Below the pieces are notes generated by a model. The model did not search any database, was not told the origin of the DNA, and worked only from the letters and a program-made list of their open reading frames with translations. Shown here one piece after another: positions 31,887 to 41,488 of a stretch of DNA of 64,000 nucleotides; the stretch's first letter is position 1; the number at the start of each line of letters is the position of its first letter. Both the position numbers and the translations under genes were made by a program. This stretch comes from Pseudomonadota bacterium (lineage in GTDB: Bacteria > UBA10199 > 2-02-FULL-44-16 > DYJF01): positions 64,001-128,000 of the forward strand of contig JBDRBB010000006.1 of assembly GCA_043823065.1 (NCBI GenBank). The letters run 5' to 3'.

Positions 31887-31938
31887 ACCCCTACATTCTG
31901 CTTGCAGACTTATAAACAACAATTTATAAGAAATTCAT

Positions 31939-32814
31939 ATGAAATTCAATCATGTAGTTGTTGTTTACAAAGGTATTACCAAATTACGCAGCGCTACAGA
32001 CGAACAGGGTTTAGTACGTCTTAAAAAAGATTCTCCCAAACTTTATAAAGAAAGCCTGGCTCAGCAAGATAAACATCTAGGCGCCATCAATCAAACTATT
32101 GCTGTCTTAGAAAAATTCGAAATTGATTATGAAGTAATTCATCGGGAAAACTTAGAACAACATCTTAAAAAACTTAGCCGCAAAACAGATTTAATTATTG
32201 CTATAGGTGGTGATGGTACTGTTTTGGCTGCTGCCCATGTAGCTGATAGCATTCCCATCCTGGCTATTAACTCTCTGCCCAAAACTTCGCGTGGTTACTT
32301 TTGTGTTACTACTGCCCAAGATTTTGAAAACCTGTTTCTAAAAATCATTAAGGGAAAGAAAAAAACAAAATCTTTGCCTTTGCTCAAAATCACTATCAAT
32401 GACCAGGAAGTGCCTACCAAGGCCTTAAATGATATTTTATTTACCAGTGAATCGCCTGCGGAAACAGTGCAATATACCTTGCAGGTTGGTAAAAACAAAG
32501 AGCGGCAAAGAGGCTCTGGCATTTGGCTTGCTGCTGGGCCTGGTTCTACTGCTGGCATTAAGTCTGCTGGAGGCAAAGTTCAAAACATTACTTCAGAAAA
32601 GATTCAATTTTTAGCGCGCGAGCTATGCGAGACCCCAGAGCTTTCTTACAAACTACGCCAAGGTTTTATAGCCAAGAATCAAGTTCTAAAAATCATTTCT
32701 GAATCTGATTTAGGCAGAATCTATATTGACGGCAAAAGCGCCACCCACCATCTTTCCCGCGGCGCTACCCTTAGCATCGAAATCGCCAAGCAAAAGCTAC
32801 AAATTTATCTTTAA
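31939..32814 (+). CDS. nadK: NAD+ kinase
   Basis: IGGDGT.L, ALND, GIW...GPGSTA..KSAGG and IDG. Confidence 0.9.
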   Translation: MKFNHVVVVYKGITKLRSATDEQGLVRLKKDSPKLYKESLAQQDKHLGAINQTIAVLEKFEIDYEVIHRENLEQHLKKLSRKTDLIIAIGGDGTVLAAAHVADSIPILAINSLPKTSRGYFCVTTAQDFENLFLKIIKGKKKTKSLPLLKITINDQEVPTKALNDILFTSESPAETVQYTLQVGKNKERQRGSGIWLAAGPGSTAGIKSAGGKVQNITSEKIQFLARELCETPELSYKLRQGFIAKNQVLKIISESDLGRIYIDGKSATHHLSRGATLSIEIAKQKLQIYL

Positions 32815-32821
32815 TATCAAA

Positions 32822-32897
32822 TTGTCATTGCGAACGATGTGAAGCAATCCCGTTAGCTTATGTTGTCATTGCGAACGAAGTGAAGCAATCCCGTTAG
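32822..32897. repeat. Tandem duplicated left arm of the REP/RPE-like palindrome
   Basis: ttgtcattgcgaacga(t/a)gtgaagcaatcccgttag occurs at 32822-32856 and 32863-32897. Confidence 0.85.
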
Positions 32898-33187
32898 AAC
32901 CAGTCCTTGCTTAAATCTATCCACTCCTTATTTTCTCTTTCAATAAGCTCAATTTTTCTTTTTCTTGAACCAGCTTTAATCTGTTTTTCACGCAATATTG
33001 CGAATTCTACATCATTACTGGTTTCAAAATATAAAAGTTTATCTATATTGTAGTTAGACGTGAAACCCAAAATCAACTTATTCTTATGTTCATATACTCT
33101 ACCTTCTAAATCACTTGTTACACCAGTATAGAGGACCGTATTTCTTTGATTAGTCATTATGTAAATGTAGTAGGTTTTGCTGGACAT
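32894..33187 (-). CDS. GIY-YIG nuclease family protein
   Basis: YIYIMTN....LYTGVTSDL..RV.EH, FT..YNI.KL.YFE, A..REKQIK and W.DL. Confidence 0.93.
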   Translation of the reverse strand: MSSKTYYIYIMTNQRNTVLYTGVTSDLEGRVYEHKNKLILGFTSNYNIDKLLYFETSNDVEFAILREKQIKAGSRKRKIELIERENKEWIDLSKDWF

Positions 33188-33198
33188 TCATGCCTCAC

Positions 33199-33235
33199 CG
33201 GGATTGCTTCGTAGCTTACGCTCCTCGCAATGACA
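33199..33235. repeat. Right arm of the REP/RPE-like palindrome, overlapping the rmuC 3' end
   Basis: cgggattgcttcg..ctcctcgcaatgaca is the inverse of the 32822/32863 arms. Confidence 0.8.
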
Positions 33236-34334
33236 CACTTGTTTCCTCTGGTGATGCATCTAATTCTGCGGTTACTGGTTGGTCTAACGTTGTCATGCGG
33301 TCATCGAGGCGGCCCAGGCGCTTGTCTGCGCTATCATAGGCTGATGAGGCATTGGAGATATGTTTGCCGATTTTAGAAAAATCATCTTTGAACCGGCCAA
33401 AATCGTTCTTGATTCTGCCCATTTCTTTGATGATCTCCGCCACAAATTTTTCTACGCGCATCCCCTTCAAACCAAGCAGGATGGTGTTTAGATAGGCATA
33501 AAAAGTATTAGGTGATACAGGGATAACTTTCTTTTTCATGGCATAAGCAAGTGGCGCATCGGTTTCACCCAGGGTTTCATTGCGGGTAATGATATCATAA
33601 TAAATATTTTCCGCAGGAATATACATTAAGGCAAAATCAAAAGTGCCCTCGCCTTGGCGGATATATTTGGCAGATTCATTCACTCGCCTTTTCACGCTTT
33701 CCACAAAACCCCGACGATTGATCTTTCTTTGCTCATCTGTATCTGCGCTTAATGAACGTTGAAAATCCTCCAAGGGAAATTTGGAATCAATGGGCACCAG
33801 GCCGTGCGCGGTCTTGATTACTGCATCAACGCGTTCACCGTCTTTGAAGCTGTATTGCAGCTCATAGGAATCTTGCGGAAGCATTTGTCCCAAAAGATCA
33901 GCTAGAAAAATTTCACCCAAACCACCCCGCATTTTTGGCGCGCGCAAAATATCTTGCAGGCTGGAAATATCTTTACCAACTTCTAAAACGCGCAATGTTG
34001 CTTCTTCAACTTTCAGCATGCGTTCACCTAAAACATTTACTGTGCGCGTGGCATTATCCAGACGTTCGCCCACTGTTTTGCTAACAGTATCTAGACGCTC
34101 GCCAACAGTCTTGTGCGTAATCTGCATCTGCTGAGCATTATTTTTCAGATGTTCATCAAGACGATTTTGCGTATTTTCAAAACTGGAACGAAGTACATCT
34201 TGAAGGGCAATCAACTGTTGCTGGATGTTCGCTGTAGTCTGGTCTTCACTTTTTTTGCGGAAGATTAGATAGGCTAGAGCAAATGCTCCAATGCCAACTA
34301 TAATTGTGATTATAATAATGATGGGGGAATCCAT
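33216..34334 (-). CDS. rmuC: DNA recombination protein RmuC
   Basis: N-terminal TM helix plus coiled coil, RGGLGE, PIDSKFP, FALMYIPAENIY and VSPNT. Confidence 0.92.
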   Translation of the reverse strand: MDSPIIIIITIIVGIGAFALAYLIFRKKSEDQTTANIQQQLIALQDVLRSSFENTQNRLDEHLKNNAQQMQITHKTVGERLDTVSKTVGERLDNATRTVNVLGERMLKVEEATLRVLEVGKDISSLQDILRAPKMRGGLGEIFLADLLGQMLPQDSYELQYSFKDGERVDAVIKTAHGLVPIDSKFPLEDFQRSLSADTDEQRKINRRGFVESVKRRVNESAKYIRQGEGTFDFALMYIPAENIYYDIITRNETLGETDAPLAYAMKKKVIPVSPNTFYAYLNTILLGLKGMRVEKFVAEIIKEMGRIKNDFGRFKDDFSKIGKHISNASSAYDSADKRLGRLDDRMTTLDQPVTAELDASPEETSVSLRGA

Positions 34335-34381
34335 GAAACATGGTCTAAGCTAAAATTGAGTGGGAAGCAAGTGGTAATTAA

Positions 34382-37339
34382 CTATCTAGCCTGTTGAGCG
34401 GCGCGTTGAAAAGCTTGAGCTATAATAAGCGGGGCTCCTCGCCCTGAATGAGGATCTATTATTTCTCCGCCAACTTCAACAACTATAGGATGTGGAAATG
34501 CAGCTAAAGCTTCTACAAACTCTGCTGCCAATGGAGCTCCACGACCTCTTTCTCTATTCAATCTTCCTGTAACTCTTAATTCCTGAAGAGCTGGCAACAT
34601 ACTAGTTATTCTTTGTAAAGCTCCTGTAGTTCTGGGATCGCTTCTTGGATTACAACGAATTATTAATCGATCTCCATCTTGTACAAACTCAATACCTGGA
34701 GTTCCTCTAAAAATTTCTTGGGAGACAAATCTCTCAAGTGCTGTAAAATCCATAGCAGGGGCACCATCTGCAGTGGGTGTTTGTCCAGCAACCTCACGCA
34801 CCCAACCCAAAACTCTATTTACTCTATCATCTAAAGATGCTCGGTCATCGCCCCTTATGACAAGGGTTTGATCAGCATGACCTGGCCACACAAAATGGAT
34901 CTCAGAACCTCTTTCTAAACTCGGCAATAAATCACGAAGTTGTCTGCCAAAAGTATCTTCATCCCATAAAATTCTTCCTGCTTCATCTCTGGGTATTCTA
35001 ACTTCATGATGTCCAGATTCAACACCTCTATATGCTGCGCCAAAAATATGACTTAACCACTGATCTGCACTGGCTCCCCGAGTTGGAGCAGCATCTACTC
35101 GTCTACCTAAATCACCATCATCTGGATTTGGTTGGCCTCCGGAGGGTCGGCCAACTGTTACTTGAGGAATCCCTGGGTTTGGTCTAGAACTAGGCTGAAC
35201 ATCACGTGGGGGTCTTGGTGTTACATCTGGATGATGAGATCCAACTCTGGCTGGACGAGCTGGAGCGTGATCTCTACCATCGGCAATTCCAGAGCCACTA
35301 TCACCCCTGCCCCTTCCTGCCGCATGAACTCTGGCCTGGCGCAAAGCTTCATCAGCTTCAGCTTGATCAACTCTTCCGCCTCTTAGCACATCACCTGCAG
35401 CGCCATCACCACCAACACCTCTAGCTAAAACTCCATGACCTGCTCTAGCTAGGGCAGCTCTCAAATCTCTATTGGAAGCATCTTCGTCATCATCATCAAC
35501 AGCTTGATCAAGGGCAGCAACTATTCCTGAACTTCTTGCCTCTTCGCGTCTGGCTTCTCTAACATCTGCTTCTACATTTTCAATAATTGCTGATAAGCCA
35601 CCTGAAACTGGGGCGCCGTTTAAAGTATACGCTGTGTCTGCTGGAAGCCTACTAAGTTGCGGCCTAGCAGCCCTAAGTGCAGCTAAAGCAAGAACTGGAT
35701 TATCACCAGAAGTAGTAATAGCTACAGTGCTATGTTCGCTATCTGCAGCGCCATGCTCAGCTCTGATAGTTACACCTGATCCTCTTATAGATGCTATAGC
35801 GCTGTTGGCTGCGCTAACGCGGCTATCAACTGTGCGTATTCTAGCTGATCTGGCTGCTTGAGCTGCTTCTCTTGCTTGACGAGCTTCTGCAGCTGCTCCG
35901 GCAGATGCTGCTTCTCGTTCTGCTCTTTGTAAGCGAGTAACCAAAGCTCCGACATTTTCCATTACTTCTGTACCATAACGCAACTGTGTATCTGGCAACT
36001 CAGCAATTGCTGATTGGTTTGCCTGAACAGCTCTTAATACATCTGCAGGATTGCTATCTGTTCTAAAGGTGAGAGAGCTATGCTCTGGAGTATGAGAAGC
36101 CCTAACATGTCTAGGACCTATCGCACTAGCAACTCTGCCAACCCTAGCTTGCCTTTGTCTGATTGCTTGTTGTCTAGCTTGTTCTGCTTCTCTTACTTGG
36201 CGAGCTTCTTCTGCAGCTCTAGCTGCGGCTGTTTCTCGTTCTGCAACTGCTCTGCGGGCTGCTTCAACCCTTGTCCTTCTTTGTTCTGCTGCTCTAGCTT
36301 CTGTTGCTTCTCTTTCTTCTCTTAATCTTCTTGCTTCTGCAGTTCTAGCTTCTTCACGCTCTCTTGTTGCATCTTGCTGATCTAAGCTGGCAACTCTTCT
36401 ATCAACTATACCTCTAACCGTTTGTAAACGTGCAGCAGCGTCACCAGTAAGCAAACTTCTTTCAAACCTAGCATTAGCTCCAAGTTGCACTAGAGCTTCT
36501 CCAAATTGTTCTGAAAATTCTCCGCCTGGTGATAACAATCTCTGCAAGACTCTTGGTTCTGAACAAGTAATTCTATTATCGTCAGTTACGCTTATACCAC
36601 TAGTTGTTAATCCATTTAAATATGTTCTAGCCTGGGCACTATGATCAACCAAAGGTTCAGAACGTGGTGGTGTTGGTGGTACTGGTGGAGAAGTAACTGG
36701 ACGCGCTGGTGATGGCGTCACTGGAGGCGGTGCAGGTGGAGATCGCACTGGAACTGGAGGTGGAGGAGGAGGTTCAACTGGCTCTGGTGCTGGAGGTGGA
36801 GGTGGTGCAGGCTCAACTGGAGGAGCTGGTTCTGCTGGTTCTGGCGTAGCTGCATCATCTGTAGTATCTGCAACCACCTCAGGTTCTTCATCTGGTTCAA
36901 CATCATCACTATCAACAACTACATCTGCTTCTTCAGGAGTTGCAGTATCTTCTTCAGCGCCAGCAGCTCTATCACTTCTAGAAGGAGCTGACTCTTCATT
37001 ATCATCTATATTAATATCAATCACTCCGCCACTTGGAGCTGGGCCAACATCTCTGCGCGTAACAAAAAATGAACGATTGGCTCCCATTTGCGCAGGTGTG
37101 GCTATTTGATTGCCAGCCATAAACCTGTTTAAGCCCAAAGAGCCATAATTCATGCTTCTGGCAATTAAGCCCTGCATATAACTAAAAGCAGGATTAACAG
37201 CTGAAAATGAAGTGCCTAGACCGCCAATCATAGCAGCGCCATGGTGAGCAACCGAGCCACTTGTTAAATTGAGCGGACTGCCCACATAAGCCATGGTGCT
37301 AACTAAGGCTGATAAATTGTTAGTTCCTAAATTGACCAC
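34382..37339 (-). CDS. Lysine-free orphan protein (~985 aa) with Pro-rich linker and Arg/Ala/Glu coiled coil
   Basis: Long ORF. Start is probably GTG 37339 (GGGGG upstream); the ORF track start is 37378. No Lys occurs after residue 9 of the track ORF. Confidence 0.8.
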   Translation of the reverse strand: MVNLGTNNLSALVSTMAYVGSPLNLTSGSVAHHGAAMIGGLGTSFSAVNPAFSYMQGLIARSMNYGSLGLNRFMAGNQIATPAQMGANRSFFVTRRDVGPAPSGGVIDINIDDNEESAPSRSDRAAGAEEDTATPEEADVVVDSDDVEPDEEPEVVADTTDDAATPEPAEPAPPVEPAPPPPPAPEPVEPPPPPPVPVRSPPAPPPVTPSPARPVTSPPVPPTPPRSEPLVDHSAQARTYLNGLTTSGISVTDDNRITCSEPRVLQRLLSPGGEFSEQFGEALVQLGANARFERSLLTGDAAARLQTVRGIVDRRVASLDQQDATREREEARTAEARRLREEREATEARAAEQRRTRVEAARRAVAERETAAARAAEEARQVREAEQARQQAIRQRQARVGRVASAIGPRHVRASHTPEHSSLTFRTDSNPADVLRAVQANQSAIAELPDTQLRYGTEVMENVGALVTRLQRAEREAASAGAAAEARQAREAAQAARSARIRTVDSRVSAANSAIASIRGSGVTIRAEHGAADSEHSTVAITTSGDNPVLALAALRAARPQLSRLPADTAYTLNGAPVSGGLSAIIENVEADVREARREEARSSGIVAALDQAVDDDDEDASNRDLRAALARAGHGVLARGVGGDGAAGDVLRGGRVDQAEADEALRQARVHAAGRGRGDSGSGIADGRDHAPARPARVGSHHPDVTPRPPRDVQPSSRPNPGIPQVTVGRPSGGQPNPDDGDLGRRVDAAPTRGASADQWLSHIFGAAYRGVESGHHEVRIPRDEAGRILWDEDTFGRQLRDLLPSLERGSEIHFVWPGHADQTLVIRGDDRASLDDRVNRVLGWVREVAGQTPTADGAPAMDFTALERFVSQEIFRGTPGIEFVQDGDRLIIRCNPRSDPRTTGALQRITSMLPALQELRVTGRLNRERGRGAPLAAEFVEALAAFPHPIVVEVGGEIIDPHSGRGAPLIIAQAFQRAAQQAR

Positions 37340-37467
37340 TAAAGCCCCCAATTTGCCCAAAAAATCGTAGGATTTCACACCCCAGGCACATTGCTTAGGT
37401 TTATAACCATTTGATATTACTAGCCTTTAATTAGGCTGAATTATCAAAACTCTTAAGCTTAAGGTAT

Positions 37468-37483
37468 TGCAATTGGTGGGCCA
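37468..37483 (-). promoter_or_regulatory. sigma54 (-24/-12) promoter
   Basis: Minus strand TGGCccaccaaTTGCA (GG-N10-GC). IHF-consensus sites TATCAA-N4-TTA lie at 37404-37416 and 37549-37561. Confidence 0.65.
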
Positions 37484-37731
37484 AATTGAGGTATTTGGTA
37501 TAGGGCTTTGGGTATAGAAATCCCTTTTGGGGACGTTACCCCAATCGTTAACTTATTGATATTTTTGGTAAATAACTGGCGAGTTTTAAAAATTAAAAAC
37601 CACTGGCTCAAAAATCTCAAGTTGTCTTTTATTTAACAATGATTTTAGGTAGTTATGGATGGGGGAAACGTCCCCTAGCTATGCTGATTTTTGACTTTAC
37701 TTTCGGCAAATTTGCGGCATAATTGCCATAT

Positions 37732-38880
37732 ATGTACACAAGAATTCTAAAAAAACCTAAAAATTCAATTTTGCTCTTTGGCCCCAGAGGGACAGGTAAA
37801 TCAACCTGGCTTAAACAATGCTATCCAGATACTCCAAACTATGATCTGTTAAATACCCAAGAAGCCCTTCGTCTTAGCAAAAACCCTTCACTAATCTATA
37901 ACGAACTTGAAACATACCCACCTGGCACTTGGGTTGTACTGGATGAAGTACAAAAAGTACCAGCTTTGTTAGATGAAGTACATCGCCTAATTGAAAATAA
38001 AAAACTAAATTTTGTACTATCAGGCTCTAGTGCCCGCAAACTAAAAAAAGGCGGGGCCAATCTTTTGGCAGGCAGGGCTCAAATGCAACATATGTTTCCG
38101 TTTGTTTCCAAAGAAGTGGATTTCAAAATAAAAACACCAGAAGTCTTTCGATTTGGAATGTTGCCTATGGCCTATTTAAGCCAAGAGCCAATTCCATATT
38201 TAAGAACTTATGTTGAAGCTTATTTGGCTGAAGAAATTAAGGGCGAGGCTCTAACCAGAAATATTGGAGGATTTGCCCGATTTTTAGAAATTGCAGCTAG
38301 ACAAAATGGTCAAATCACCAATGTCTCCAACATTGCCAGGGATGCCCAAGTTGCCAGGCAGACTGTCCAAGGATATTTTGATATATTAGTAGATACTTTG
38401 TTAGGTTATTGGCTGCAACCCTGGAAATTAAAACGAGCAACAAAACAAGTTGCTCATCCTAAATTTTACTTCTTTGATGCTGGCGTAGCTAGGGCTTTAT
38501 CAAACAGACTTCCTTACCCTTTAACCAATGAAGAACTGGGGCCTTTGTTTGAGACATTTATTATTGGAGAAATTCAGGCCTACTTAGCTTATACTGAATT
38601 AAACTATCCCCTATATTTCTGGAGTAGCCATGACAATGTTGAAGTTGATTTATTATTGGAAACTAAAAAAGGTTTTTTAGCTTTGGAATTTAAATCTGCC
38701 ACAAATTGGAACAAGAGCTTTAATAAAGGGCTAACCCGCATTAGCTCTGAACTTGAAGCAAACAAGGTTCGCTGTATTGGGGTTTATAATGGAGAAAGGC
38801 CAGCTAAGTTTGACTCTATTGAAGTTTTGCCACTTCTAACCTTTTTAGAAAAACTTTGGGCAGGAGATTTGATTGCTTAA
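37732..38880 (+). CDS. AAA+ ATPase with DUF4143 C-terminal domain
   Basis: GPRGTGKS, LDEVQK, SGSSAR, LAGRA, PKFYFFDAG, EVD and EFK. Confidence 0.9.
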   Translation: MYTRILKKPKNSILLFGPRGTGKSTWLKQCYPDTPNYDLLNTQEALRLSKNPSLIYNELETYPPGTWVVLDEVQKVPALLDEVHRLIENKKLNFVLSGSSARKLKKGGANLLAGRAQMQHMFPFVSKEVDFKIKTPEVFRFGMLPMAYLSQEPIPYLRTYVEAYLAEEIKGEALTRNIGGFARFLEIAARQNGQITNVSNIARDAQVARQTVQGYFDILVDTLLGYWLQPWKLKRATKQVAHPKFYFFDAGVARALSNRLPYPLTNEELGPLFETFIIGEIQAYLAYTELNYPLYFWSSHDNVEVDLLLETKKGFLALEFKSATNWNKSFNKGLTRISSELEANKVRCIGVYNGERPAKFDSIEVLPLLTFLEKLWAGDLIA

Positions 38881-38906
38881 AAAAAACCGCCTGGAGAGAG
38901 GCGGTT
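38877..38906 (-). terminator. Terminator hairpin, duplicated copy
   Basis: Minus strand aaccgcctctctccaggcggttttttt, nearly identical to 39886-39915. Confidence 0.65.
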
Positions 38907-38977
38907 CTATATTGTGGCTTGTGGGGACCTTATAAAGCGACCATTGACTATTGACCATGGACCAAAAAACAAGGGGT

Positions 38978-39012
38978 GTGATTGCGAGGAGCGTTAGCGA
39001 CGAAGCAATCTC
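38978..39012. repeat. Half copy of the REP/RPE-like palindrome
   Basis: gtgattgcgaggagcgttagcgacgaagcaatctc matches the 31811 arm. Confidence 0.7.
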
Positions 39013-39125
39013 GGAAGAGTCGGTATTGTGTATTATTGACACCTAATGGGTGACCCCGGTTTTGTTTGTTAGGAATGGGGGAAAACGTCCCCAAGTATTA
39101 TTGTCCCCTAGCTTTTATTAGGTCT

Positions 39126-39440
39126 TTACGCAGCAATGGCTTCTTTTCGAACTCTGCTAAACAAAGGTGAAAGATTATCTTTTTGAAATGTATATGGATC
39201 AGTAAGGACAATCTGAAGGCGAGGATCAATCTGATAGGCAATTACAACAACTTGTTTTTCATATTTTTCTTTATTTTTTTTAAATACTCTTGCTACTAAA
39301 CAAATGTCAATATCGCTATCAGGTCTAGCGTCACCTCTAGCATATGATCCAAATAGATATATTTTTACTTTAGGAAAAGCTTGCTTTTCTAATTCAGCTT
39401 GAAATTTTGAAATTATTTTTCCAATAGATTTTGCAACCAT
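39126..39440 (-). CDS. Minimal nucleotidyltransferase (MNT), HEPN-MNT pair
   Basis: LFGSYARG....SDIDI motif; overlaps the HEPN gene. Confidence 0.9.
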   Translation of the reverse strand: MVAKSIGKIISKFQAELEKQAFPKVKIYLFGSYARGDARPDSDIDICLVARVFKKNKEKYEKQVVVIAYQIDPRLQIVLTDPYTFQKDNLSPLFSRVRKEAIAA

Positions 39441-39814
39441 AGCCAAAGCTCCTTGCTTTGCTCTAAATATTTTTTAGCATAATTTTTATTAACTTTTTTA
39501 TAAAAACTTTTCAAATCTTCTGGATATCTAATTTCTAAATTAAATTTATTTATTTGGTCAAACAACTCGATCTGAGCTTTGGTTAACTCCAAATTTGCCT
39601 TGCCAGCTAAATACAATAAATTATGCGTAAATGGAGGATGCTCTTTAGCAACCTTTGCCACCAAAGCTTTTAATAGTTTTTCCAACATCAAATGACAAAG
39701 AAATAAACAATAATCATACTTACCGGTTCTATATAAAGACAAGGATACTTCTCTATCATGCTTTGCTGCTTCAAACCAATATTTGATTACTTTGGATATA
39801 TCCTTATTAGTCAT
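39413..39814 (-). CDS. HEPN domain protein
   Basis: W...A..D, Y..CLF.CH...EK.LKA, THNL..L and RYP motifs. Confidence 0.9.
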   Translation of the reverse strand: MTNKDISKVIKYWFEAAKHDREVSLSLYRTGKYDYCLFLCHLMLEKLLKALVAKVAKEHPPFTHNLLYLAGKANLELTKAQIELFDQINKFNLEIRYPEDLKSFYKKVNKNYAKKYLEQSKELWLWLQNLLEK

Positions 39815-39885
39815 AAATTTAGAATATACTTTGTGCACATTTTTTTCAACTAATAATACCGATCCCTTCGCGGGGGTGGGATTGG

Positions 39886-39915
39886 TTAAAAAAAACCGCG
39901 TGGAGAGAGGCGGTT
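39886..39915 (-). terminator. Intrinsic terminator of the lysine-poor gene operon
   Basis: Minus strand aaccgcctctctccacgcggttttttttt, just downstream of the stop at 39952. Confidence 0.7.
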
Positions 39916-39951
39916 TTGAACACACATATTATATATACTGAACAATGATTA

Positions 39952-41454
39952 TCATTCAGGGTGAGTTAAGCTAAAATTACCTAAACTAGGACCACTTCCG
40001 TCTCCACCAAATATATTGCCACCCATTTCCAAAGTGGCACCTCCAGGAGGAATACTACCCTGGCTTGGCAAATACCTTGAATCCAAGGTCAAGGTGTTAT
40101 CACCACCTGCTTCCTCTTCATCTGGCGGCTGTAAAAAATCAACAAAATCTTCATAAGTATATCTAACTGGAGTCTGATCAGCATCTTCATTTATTTCAAC
40201 TGGTTCAGAGCTTCTTTCTTCAATAGGTTCATCTTCTGGCTCCGCTGAAGAAGGTTCAACACTTCCTTCGCGCAAAACTCTTGCTGAACCATCTCCTCTA
40301 ATTATTACAACTTCTATTCCTGAAGGCATGTTATCTACAGCTGTTCTTATAGCTTGGCGACGACTAGTTGCCTCATCTCCATCTCCACCAAATTCTCTAT
40401 CAAAAATACGGCGCTGACGATTTTGAAAATCAATAACCAGCCGAGCAGGTTGATCTTCCCCTTGTAATTCAACTCTGAACTGCGCTAAAGGTTCTGCTTC
40501 ATTATTAAGTCTAAAACTATTCATTAAAGGTTCTAATCTACCATCCATTAAATTACAAGATGATTGACACTCTTCATCAGCTTCCCTTAAAATTCTTTCT
40601 GAACCATTTCCTCTAATTATTACAACTTCTATTCCTGAAGGCATGGCATCTACAGCTGTTCTAATATCAGCTCGACGCCTGATTGCTTGTTCTCCCTCAC
40701 CACCAAATTCCCTATCAAAGATTTGTCGCTGTGATCTAGAAAAATCAATAATCAAGCGCGTAGGCTGATCTGCTCCTTGTGACTCAAGCCTAAATTCAGC
40801 TAGAGGGTTTTCTTGACCTTCAACTCTAAAATTTGCTGCTAATGCCTGAAATGCATCTAATCCACCAGTTGTCCTCTGCTCATGGTTAGAAACTTCTGGT
40901 GCTGAGGAAGCAAACACCTCCAAAGCCAAACCAACAGGGTCATCAATTGGCACTGCATTATGGCTCGCTGCACGGCTAAGCGCCTCGGCATATATACCAA
41001 AGCTTTCATCATTACCTTCAAGAATCGCTCTTGCTTCAGCAGTAAAAAGTGAAGGACTATATTCAAATAAAGACATTATTGCATGGCATTGTTCTAGAAC
41101 TTCAAGATTAGCATAAGCATCTAATTCAGATTCCTCTAAAATATTATTCTCATTTGAATCACAACTCCAAATATCTGTGCCTAATTGAATAATATCTGCT
41201 TGAGTTATTCTGCGAAAGACAATGAGTTCGCCTTGTCCATTGGGGACCTCAATTTCACCTCCAGTAAATAAGTCACCATTGGCAGTTAAAACGCATTGAT
41301 TATCTGAATCTAGCAAACAAAATTCACCACTATCACCTGGTTCAATTTGGTCAGTATCAGAATTTTCAATTAATTCTATATTACCTATCCTAGTTTGCGT
41401 TTCATCATCTAGAATAAATAAGCCTTCTTCACTTTGTTGAATAATCAATCCCAT
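39952..41454 (-). CDS. Lysine-free acidic orphan protein with an internal tandem duplication
   Basis: 500 aa with 0 Lys. An ~85-aa repeat (..IFDREFGG..IRTAVD.MPSGIEVVIIRG.GS.R.LRE) recurs at a 315-nt offset. AGAGGA RBS. Confidence 0.8.
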   Translation of the reverse strand: MGLIIQQSEEGLFILDDETQTRIGNIELIENSDTDQIEPGDSGEFCLLDSDNQCVLTANGDLFTGGEIEVPNGQGELIVFRRITQADIIQLGTDIWSCDSNENNILEESELDAYANLEVLEQCHAIMSLFEYSPSLFTAEARAILEGNDESFGIYAEALSRAASHNAVPIDDPVGLALEVFASSAPEVSNHEQRTTGGLDAFQALAANFRVEGQENPLAEFRLESQGADQPTRLIIDFSRSQRQIFDREFGGEGEQAIRRRADIRTAVDAMPSGIEVVIIRGNGSERILREADEECQSSCNLMDGRLEPLMNSFRLNNEAEPLAQFRVELQGEDQPARLVIDFQNRQRRIFDREFGGDGDEATSRRQAIRTAVDNMPSGIEVVIIRGDGSARVLREGSVEPSSAEPEDEPIEERSSEPVEINEDADQTPVRYTYEDFVDFLQPPDEEEAGGDNTLTLDSRYLPSQGSIPPGGATLEMGGNIFGGDGSGPSLGNFSLTHPE

Positions 41455-41488
41455 AATTCCTCTTTGATTCTCTTAATAAAATGATTGA

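Noticed and set aside
31802..31888. nadD N-terminal extension MSLRAKRSN...
   Set aside because: It is translation of the palindromic repeat; the conserved domain starts at 31801.
32822..32897. 35-bp direct repeats as a CRISPR array
   Set aside because: There are only two copies with a 6-nt gap, they match the REP-like palindrome arm, and no cas genes are present.
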